Positions 22,818 to 40,697 of a DNA stretch of 40,697 nucleotides are shown one piece after another. Under the pieces are notes generated by a model. The model ran no database searches, was not told the DNA's origin, and saw only the letters and a program-made list of their open reading frames with translations. The first letter of the stretch is position 1; each line of letters begins with the position of its first letter. The DNA is from Hyphochytrium catenoides (lineage: Eukaryota; Protista; Hyphochytriomycota): positions 1-40,697 of the forward strand of contig FLMG01004424.1 in assembly GCA_900088475.1 (NCBI GenBank), read 5' to 3'. Position numbers and translations under genes: made by a program.

Positions 22818-24995
22818 ATGAGGACCAACGGTACCGGGGACAACGTAAAAGACGACGCTCAACGGAAGACCGACAAAGCTATTATTCACATGAGGAATAG
22901 CATCTCCACCGCAGATGATGCCTATCTAAGGAAAAGCGACGGACGTACGACGAGAGAGGAGGACGCCGCTGGTGCCGGCAGCGGTAATGTCGTGATGCGG
23001 CCGAAGAAGACGAAGGCCTTGGTAGCCGTCACTAGAGCGATAGAGCTGTCAGAAGAAGAAAGCACAGTCACGCTGATGTCCAGATTTCTAGGAGCGAACT
23101 TCTTTCAAGCCTGGGTGCGGCACCGACAGCTCCTGACACGAATTAACCTGCTAGGAACCGCCCTGCACTTCGTCACAGGCTATTTTCTACTTCTCTCCGA
23201 CGCGAAGGGGACAACAAAACTCCTTGTCTATTGGGCTGTGGCCTTCCCCTGCGTGGTCTCCCTCGCGTTTGAGGTTGGCTCTATCATGAACCTTACGCTT
23301 ATCCGCCAGTGTCTGTCTATGTTTGACACGTGGTGGTTTTTGACCGAAACTCTTCTCCTGACCGTCACTCTACCTTTCGCACTCTGTCTAGAGAGCTGGG
23401 CTATTTTTTATAGCGCAAACCTCTTCTTTGGAGTCTGCGCCGCCTTTCTATTCTATGACAGCCTCCCGCTTGCAGCGCGGAAGAATGTTCGCATTCCGCT
23501 GCTCATTAGTTCCTTCTTCTTTCTCTCACAGTTCAGCATTATTTACGCAGAACTGTCACCAAATATGTGCTACTACCGCTTCGATGCTTCTGATGGCCTA
23601 GTCTTGGGAGCTGCTACTTGTCCAGGCAGCAGGCTAAGGGCCCAAAGAAAGCCCTGGAGCATCCAGCTCTTTGACTTCTGCATCAACCGCTTCATCACCC
23701 TGACCATCCTCACCTTCAAGTTTACCTTCTTTGCCTTCAAAAACCCTGAGGACTGCGTGTTGATAAGGTCAAGAGTTAGATTAGTTGAGACACTAGTATT
23801 AGACGAGAAAACTCCTCAAGAACAAGAGGCTAGCGCCCAGACAGCAGCAGCACCAGGACCTGGGGCATCCCGTGAGCGAAAGGGCATAAGGAGGATCAGA
23901 CCCGCAGCAGAAGAAGCAGGTGTAGGAGCAGGGACAGCAACGAACGACGAAAGAGACTCAGTTGTGCCAGAGGCTCCGATGAAAGTCGTCTCAATTGACA
24001 GCAGCAGCAGAGACCAAGCGGCGCCTTCTTTAGCACCGATGCAGGGAAGTTCCCTTGAAGAGAAGCTGGTTGGCGGCCCATCTGGACACCATGGACAACA
24101 AAAACAGACCAAGAGAGGAAGCCAAGCAACTACTCCTAACAATCCTCTTAAAGGCGACAACGCGCATGCAACCATAATAGACAAAGCGGCTGAACATCTG
24201 CACCACCCCGGAGGAGAAACCTCAAAGGTAGAAGTAGCAAACGGAGTATCAAGAACAGTAGTAGCTCGAGCAGAGAAGAAAAAGACCATCGTAGCAACGA
24301 CTCAACACCGCCAACTGACAGTGGAAGAAAGCCAGACGANNNNNNTGACGCTTCTCCTGCCGAGTACGTTGTACCTTTGTCTGCATAACTCCTCAATGAT
24401 GAACCGCTTCATCGTGAAGGAGTGCCTGACAATGTTTGACACGCGCTGGGTACTGTTGGAGGCAACACTCTTCTCCGCATCCCTGCCTATTGTCTTCTGT
24501 CAGCGAGGCCACTGGACAATCCTCTCTAGTTCTTGCACTCTCCTAGGCATATGTGCTGGTTATCTCTTCTATGATAGTTTGCCCCTCGCCGCAAGAAAGG
24601 CATTCCGCTTTTCCCTGACCATCTCGGCATTCTTTTACATCTACATTCTGACCACGCTGTACTCCGGAACCCTACGGAATATGTGCTACTACCGCTTCCG
24701 GCTGGATGAGACAGGTCATATCACTGCCACACGAGGCATCCAAACTCCCGATAGTACTATCGAGAGCGGCTTTGAAGATCCTACTAGTTCTGATTCCTGC
24801 GGACAGGCAAGCGGCACAGGGAGTTCTTTCTCGCTAACTCTGTCCGTCTTTGATTTCAGCTTGAATCGTCTATCTACGCTGACCATTCTAACGTTGAAGA
24901 TCATGGTCTCTGCCCTTAAGCATCCGGCAGACTGCGTCCTAGTAAAGTCGCGCATGCGGCTAATCGAAGGCACTCCAATATTGCATTCCGTCTAG
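22818..24995 (+). CDS. Uncharacterised polytopic membrane protein, two ~6-TM units (paralogue C); spans an assembly gap
   Basis: Clearly homologous to paralogue B (e.g. VYWAVAFPC, MFDTWWFL.ET, LPFALCL, FCQRGHWT, ALKHP.DCVL.KSR.RL.E). It contains NNNNNN at 24340-24345. Confidence 0.85.
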   Translation: MRTNGTGDNVKDDAQRKTDKAIIHMRNSISTADDAYLRKSDGRTTREEDAAGAGSGNVVMRPKKTKALVAVTRAIELSEEESTVTLMSRFLGANFFQAWVRHRQLLTRINLLGTALHFVTGYFLLLSDAKGTTKLLVYWAVAFPCVVSLAFEVGSIMNLTLIRQCLSMFDTWWFLTETLLLTVTLPFALCLESWAIFYSANLFFGVCAAFLFYDSLPLAARKNVRIPLLISSFFFLSQFSIIYAELSPNMCYYRFDASDGLVLGAATCPGSRLRAQRKPWSIQLFDFCINRFITLTILTFKFTFFAFKNPEDCVLIRSRVRLVETLVLDEKTPQEQEASAQTAAAPGPGASRERKGIRRIRPAAEEAGVGAGTATNDERDSVVPEAPMKVVSIDSSSRDQAAPSLAPMQGSSLEEKLVGGPSGHHGQQKQTKRGSQATTPNNPLKGDNAHATIIDKAAEHLHHPGGETSKVEVANGVSRTVVARAEKKKTIVATTQHRQLTVEESQTXXXTLLLPSTLYLCLHNSSMMNRFIVKECLTMFDTRWVLLEATLFSASLPIVFCQRGHWTILSSSCTLLGICAGYLFYDSLPLAARKAFRFSLTISAFFYIYILTTLYSGTLRNMCYYRFRLDETGHITATRGIQTPDSTIESGFEDPTSSDSCGQASGTGSSFSLTLSVFDFSLNRLSTLTILTLKIMVSALKHPADCVLVKSRMRLIEGTPILHSV
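24340..24345. other. Assembly gap (6 N)
   Basis: Run of N inside paralogue C. Confidence 1.
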
Positions 24996-25520
24996 CACTG
25001 GTGCTGCTGGTGCCTCGAGCACTTGAAGAATGCGGGAAGAAGGGTGACAAATATTGTAGAAGGATCAGGAGTGTGGATCGTAAGCAGTGGGCTATAGATG
25101 GCTCAGCTTTCAAGAGATGCCGTGAAGAGTACGGCCAATGCGTGAGCACCTTACATCGAAGCATAAATCCGACCAAAGAAGAATGAGAAAGAGGGCAGGA
25201 AAAAGGAGACTTCTTTTCAGCTTAACCTCTGCCGCGCAACAGGAGATGAAATGACACTGATCTCGGGTCCCATGTATCTCTGCTTTTACCCTCTCTCCCC
25301 TCTCGCTCGTCCTTCTCTCTTTCGCTGTCATCTTCTCCTTCTTTCTCGTGCTGTCTTCTCTTCATAGTAAGCTGTTTCCTTTTAATGAAAGCAATTGTTA
25401 TCCTTGTATCGGGCTGTATCATTAATAGACCTCACCCCAGCGCGGGAGACTCCCGGCACTGTCTTAACTCTTCAAACACTTTCATAACCTTGGACGTCAC
25501 AGCGAAGGCCGCAAGTATTC

Positions 25521-25575
25521 AGGATTGGGTGTCGGATATTTAAGCTCGGCATAATCATATCCGACACACAACCCT
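25521..25575. repeat. Short inverted repeat / stem-loop (19-bp stem with 2 mismatches, 17-nt loop)
   Basis: AGGATTGGGTGTCGGATAT ... ATATCCGACACACAACCCT; the inner 11 bp are perfect. Confidence 0.8.
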
Positions 25576-26660
25576 AAAGAGAGAGCATTGATACTCAGTA
25601 TAGTACTGAGAACGGCATCAGCAGTGCCTCGGGTTCCCCGATGTGTCTCCAGCGCAAGCGCAGCCGCTTCCTATACTTTGCTAAGGGACAGCCTCCCGTC
25701 TGGCAGTGGGTTTTGGGGCTCCCATGCTTATAGCACACAGCAAACGATCCTCTGCCACCATTAGAGGTAATGAGAACCACTTTCAACTCTGTTGCCTCAG
25801 TTTACACGTGCCAACCACCGTCAGTCTCTCATTTTATGGCGATAGACCGTCCGCTTGTGTAAACAAAGGCCATCGTCTCAGGGATCTCAAGCTGGGTGGT
25901 GTTTGTCGCCCCACCATCATCCCTATGGAGATCTACCAGCTTCTTTCTGGGAGAGAGAAACAAAGAGTGACGTCGTTCAGGCCAGCCTGACAACAAACCT
26001 TCCTGTTGTCATCTGCTTCCTGCATCTCAGAGTCTCTCTCTTCTCTCTTCCGTCCGCTTGCGTCCAGAGCTTCACCATCCAACCAACCAAAGTGATGATG
26101 TGATGATGCACTGATCAACTGACAAAGATCACAAGATCGCTGACGTGCCGATGTACAAACCCGACACTGAGGATCAGATAAAGATTATTTGAGATGATTA
26201 TCACTCATTCGGTTCTGAAATCTGCGTTTGAGTTCAGGGGGTTGATCTGTACATCATTGTGGTTGTAGTTGTGTGTAATTCAAAGCAAGTGTGTACCCTT
26301 AAGCGCCATAGGCAGGAATGGACTGTATGTGCGTTGTACGATGTATGGCTCGCCCAGGTCTGGTCTATGACCGCCATCAACATCGAAATTTATTGCAAAG
26401 CTCATAATTCTTAGCTTCTGAAGCTTCAGAATGAATCTCCGTCTTCATCATCATCGGACACGATCTGCTTTTATGCCTGCGGCTTCCTAGTGTCTGGCTG
26501 CAGAGTTAACTTTGCCATGGAAAGAACCCCATGGAGTCCAGGACTAGGTGCGCCTTGAAGCGATGGCGAGGCTCATGACTAAGAAGTAGGTAGAGACCAT
26601 GCTCTCAACTGCAGTAAGTGGAGCTGGAGGCGGGGAGAACTAGGAGCAGTTGCAGGAAAG

Positions 26661-36810
<10,150 letters not shown>

Positions 36811-37271
36811 ATCTCGGCGGCGCTAGGTTAGGTAAAGGCTACTGCAAACTCTAATCTTATCCATATACATCTGCGGTCTCTGCGGACTCGATACACACAA
36901 CTAGATTGCACACAGATCTCAGAGATTTGTGAAAGCTTCAGAAATTCGCCAGATCTGTGTGCGGCTTCAGACGACTTAAGAGAGTTGTGGCTCGAAAATA
37001 AAGAACAAGAATCTCAATGAAGAAAAGTATTCGCTTGCTCCGTATTCTGATTGCTTCAGGCCATTTCCGTAATACAATTCGGAATCGTTTGAAGGCTTTT
37101 GCGAAGCACTCTCAGTCTAGGGTTCCCAATCTAAAATCATTTAGGGAAAAGTCTCAAAAGCGTTTGCGATCATGCTCTCGTTTCCGTCCCAGAGTCCAGA
37201 AATTAGATGTTCTCTTCCTTGCTTTGGTTGTTATCTGCGCAGACACATTCCTTAGCGGTAATGCGGGATCT

Positions 37272-37345
37272 GAGCAGATGAGAATGAGTTTTGTCGGTAT
37301 TATCGGCGGAGCAGATGAGAATGAGTTTTGTCGGTATTATCGGCG
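37272..37345. repeat. Perfect 37-bp tandem duplication
   Basis: GAGCAGATGAGAATGAGTTTTGTCGGTATTATCGGCG at 37272-37308 and 37309-37345. Confidence 0.95.
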
Positions 37346-37874
37346 TAGCGGCGGCATGCACGAGCCCGCGTTAGGGGAGAAGAAAAAAGACAAAGAACGT
37401 TTATTCAGGGGATAAGTCGACACTATCGCTTCAGAACTTCTATAGTTTACGAAGTACACGGCTGCCTGGCGAATGCCCGCAGAGTTATGAAGCTAGCAAA
37501 GCCTGGAAATTTGGTTGGGGAGTGGGGGTGGGGGGCTCTGGATGAGCGAGGGACCAACATAAGACCTTTCTCTTTATGACAAAGAGTGAACAAGCAAAGG
37601 AAGAAGTGAGCGACAACCATAAGACTATGGACAAACAGAGATGGCCATTCAGTGCCTTCCAAAAAGATAGTCCAGGTACTAGCTCTATGATTGCTTTCCA
37701 CCTTCCTGTAGCTTTGGTTGCAACTTGCCCCTTGCATTCGAGAGTAGAAGCGCAACGAATGCAAGGAGATTCAATTGGCATGGTTGTACCCGGCATCGAA
37801 CAGAACGAGAAAGAAGCTAAGAGGACGAAAACCCATGGCACTTGGGAGACGACCAAGACCTCACGACTTCTCTA

Positions 37875-38339
37875 TCAATAGAGTACGCCAGCCTCAAGCA
37901 ACCGGTCCCATAGATTGCCTGTCGCATATGATACCGCCAGGGCATCGCATCCGCCGACATATTGACCACCAACAAACACAAAAACTCTATTTCTCTCTCC
38001 TCTCTCCCTGCCAGAGCTAAACCGCCCGACAAGCTCCATCTCCATCTTCTCGCCTGCCTCCGCGAGGTCGATAAGATGGAACCCTACATTGCACTGCTTG
38101 AATATTTGTGATGCTTTCTTCGTGTATGGACAAACCGATCGGCCAAAGATAATGACAGTTCTAGTCGCTAGTAGATAGTCCAATTCTCCTTTCTCGTCCG
38201 TCGAAGAGAGAGAGAATGATAATGTCTGACGGTGAGCGAGAGAGGTTGGAGAGTAGCCAAAGGATGCCTCAGCTTCAGGTGCCTGTGACGGCGTTGGCGG
38301 GAGACCAGGGGATGGTAGAGAGATGGAAAGCTCAGTCAT
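37875..38339 (-). CDS. Glutaredoxin-like protein (CPYT active site) with Ser/Pro-rich N-terminal extension
   Basis: VIIFGRSVCPYTKKA...VFVGGQYVGGCD...GNLWDRL matches the glutaredoxin fold pattern. The open frame starts at 38444 (TTG); the first ATG is at 38339. Confidence 0.8.
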   Translation of the reverse strand: MTELSISLPSPGLPPTPSQAPEAEASFGYSPTSLAHRQTLSFSLSSTDEKGELDYLLATRTVIIFGRSVCPYTKKASQIFKQCNVGFHLIDLAEAGEKMEMELVGRFSSGRERGERNRVFVFVGGQYVGGCDALAVSYATGNLWDRLLEAGVLY

Positions 38340-38482
38340 TCTCTGGTGAGAGAGTCTGGGGCTGCTTATAGTTTGCAAGTCAGCAAAGCGCAGATCACTT
38401 TCTGGCTCTCTTGTGAGGTTGAGTGCAGGATGCTGAATGATCAATGAGAGCTTGTCTGTTTCTTCTTGTGGGCCAATCTCCC

Positions 38483-38540
<58 letters not shown>

Positions 38541-38549
38541 TTCTCTCTC
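38483..38549. repeat. Interrupted (CT)n/(GA)n microsatellite upstream of the glutaredoxin gene
   Basis: CT run with three TT interruptions. Confidence 0.95.
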
Positions 38550-39323
38550 CTAGGTGATCTGTCAGTCTCTTGATCTCGTACAACGTAGAAGTTGACTACT
38601 CTTCGTTCATCTTCTGAATCTTCTCTTCGTCATCTCTCTCCTTTCTTTTTCCTTCCATCTCCTCTGTGTCCAAAAGACACACTCTGTCTCTGTCTTTCTG
38701 CTGTAGTTTTGAACCTACCAATCATCATCGAAACTAATGGAAGAAAGCCGAGCTTTGTTTGCAGACACACCAATGGTTGCGATGGAAACCACGATGCAAG
38801 ACAGAGTACAGAATCTGCCACTTCGAGTGGGACAATCTAGCGTCTAAGACAGAGGCCAGTTCATGATAGATATAGAACATTTGCAGCATAGAGATTCTAG
38901 TATGGTTGAGATAATAACCTTTTCTAAAGGTGATAAATAAGGTTATGGTAGTCGAACATAGCTGCATAACCCTATCATACCATCGTGCGACGGGTTTTAA
39001 TATGGTTTAGAAAGCAATAGGAAAAACCTGCAAGGGGTGGCAATGGACCGATGACCCCTATAGCCCTCTCACCTGGACCGCTTGGGGCTAATATGTTACT
39101 CATAAATTGAATAAATGCATTGGCCCTCTACAGCGGGTTTGAAGCCTGTATGACCAACACTGATGTCAGAGGGATCATGACTGTTCGAACTTCATCGAAA
39201 TTTTGCGTGCGTTGTCGTTGTGCACCTGGAGTATGTAGGAAGGTAGGCTGTACAGTACACACTACAGTAATAACAGCACACTCTTGATTTCTTTCGAATT
39301 GCGATTCTCAAGTCTCGAATCTG

Positions 39324-39397
39324 AAATCCAGACGATCTCCGGATCTCCATTTGGGATCTCAAATCTCAAATCCAGACGATCTCCGGATCTCCATTTG
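39324..39397. repeat. 30-bp direct repeat, two copies, period 44
   Basis: AAATCCAGACGATCTCCGGATCTCCATTTG at 39324-39353 and 39368-39397. Confidence 0.95.
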
Positions 39398-39966
39398 TGA
39401 GACGGCGGGATAATCTCCAGCCCCGCTGCGGAGTGTCTGAGCCGTGAAGGATTTGGGGAACTCAAAACCTAGCAGAAGAACTGGCACCTGTACCGCACTG
39501 AAACTGGCTGTAACATGGCTAATATAAGCGGCTGATGTTTACTTTATGATCACGCCGATCTTATGATCCTCATTCATAGTGCAATCAACTCTGGAATATC
39601 GACCCTTTCTCCGCCGCTAATTAGTCTTTAGGAATTCCATAATCATGCTTACCCAGAGGACAGAAGCCGTCCATCGACTGTACTGCCCCTCTTGTGGCAA
39701 AGTCGTTATGATGAAGTGGATGGGATGACGTTAGTATGTATAGACTAGCCCGTCAGAGCCGCGGAGCGCCAGACAAGCCGCGCTTCCGTTTGTTTGTTTA
39801 CCGCGCTCCTATCTATCTAGGCGTTCTTTTCTCAAGATGCAAGAGCTTCTTTTGACACTGAAAACCCACGCACCTTTAGATCTTGAATCTTATTGAACAT
39901 TGTCACTGGAGACCGTCAGCTTATACCTGCAATGCTCTCTGGCCCTCTCATCTCTCTCTCCCTTGC

Positions 39967-40503
39967 TTATTTAAAGGCATCCTTCAGCACGAGGACTTGA
40001 CCATCAATGACGTCGAACTGCGTGTGTGCGATGTTCCGGATAATTTCTTTGAAGAGCGTCTTCTCTTCATTGGTGGCAATCTGAATCCTCTTCTTCTTCA
40101 GATTCTTGAACAACGTCTTCAGCTTAATCTTGCCTCCCACAGACAGCATCTCTTCTCGCACCACGGCTTCAGATAGACCTTTGGGGACTGGGCCAGGGGA
40201 GACATAGAAGGGAAATGCGATGTAGGTTAGTGACGTAGAGGCCGACCGGCAGCGTATGGCGAGAAAGAGATCACGGAAGAAGAGAGGAGTTGGACGCAAA
40301 ACCATAGGAAAGTGACAGAGGGCTAGAGCAGAGACCGATGGTATGGTTGTTAAGGATGAGCAATAGAGACAAATCAGATGGCATTAGAAAGATGACGCAA
40401 AAGAGTGAGGAAGAGCGTCTTCTACTGTGACCATTGGCAGCAGGGACTGTTGGCCGAGGACGCTGGGGAGGAGGCTCTGGCGTGGCTGCTGCATCGGTTT
40501 TGT
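39967..40503 (-). CDS. 3' exons of a gene continuing beyond the window; C-terminus resembles the TFIIF-alpha (RAP74) winged helix
   Basis: Last exon 39967-40187 encodes LSEAVVREEML...IKLKTLFKNLK...EEKTLFKEIIRNIA...DGQVLVLKD, which recalls the RAP74 C-terminal pattern. A probable preceding Pro-rich exon 40432-40503 joins via a phase-1 intron 40188-40431 (weak donor GTCACA). Confidence 0.55.
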
Positions 40504-40697
40504 CTGGGGGAGAGACGTCAAACAGCCACCGCTCCATGTCAGCATCGAACCCCGATTAAGGAGATCAAAGATGAAAGAGACGAAGAGAACGACCAATAAA
40601 GCTTCACAGGAAGCTGAGACTTGTGGATCCTGAAGGACAAAAGCAAGCCGACATATTTGTCTCCTGTCCCAAAGAGAGAGAGAAGCAAGACCGAACA

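Noticed and set aside
37017-37856. ORFs of 101-132 aa between RPC1 and the glutaredoxin
   Set aside because: No motifs; one runs through the tandem duplication. Most likely UTR or intergenic sequence.
38882-38966. Loose nested hairpin (ATAACCTT/AAGGTTAT, TGCAGC/GCTGCA)
   Set aside because: Short stems in AT-rich sequence, compatible with chance.
37272-39397. 37-bp and 30-bp repeats as CRISPR-like arrays
   Set aside because: Only two copies each, with no spacer or only a 14-nt one, no cas genes, and a eukaryotic context.

Overview
This is eukaryotic nuclear DNA with GT-AG spliceosomal introns and CTRAC-type branch points. The RPC1 sequence and the membrane-protein family suggest a stramenopile/algal lineage (inference). 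From left to right the window holds: (1) an intronless GH31 glycosidase on the minus strand with the YihQ/sulfoquinovosidase fingerprint; (2) a ~3.7 kb non-coding interval containing a long, blockwise-conserved inverted repeat (~4840-6200); (3) three intronless plus-strand paralogues of an uncharacterised membrane protein built from two ~6-TM units; (4) a large minus-strand multi-exon gene (helical region + SPRY-like + DUF4246-like domain) lying between paralogues 2 and 3; (5) the RNA polymerase III largest subunit gene RPC1, reconstructed by hand as 31 exons / 30 GT-AG introns / 1474 aa; (6) an atypical glutaredoxin; (7) the 3' end of a probable TFIIF-alpha-like gene. Microsatellites, short hairpins, short direct repeats and a 6-N assembly gap are also present. 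I found no rRNA, tRNA, CRISPR array or transposase. The best leads are the membrane-anchored eukaryotic sulfoquinovosidase candidate, the long foldback next to it, the 2x6TM family array and the SPRY-DUF4246 fusion with an altered metal ligand. All family assignments come from motif recognition, not database searches.
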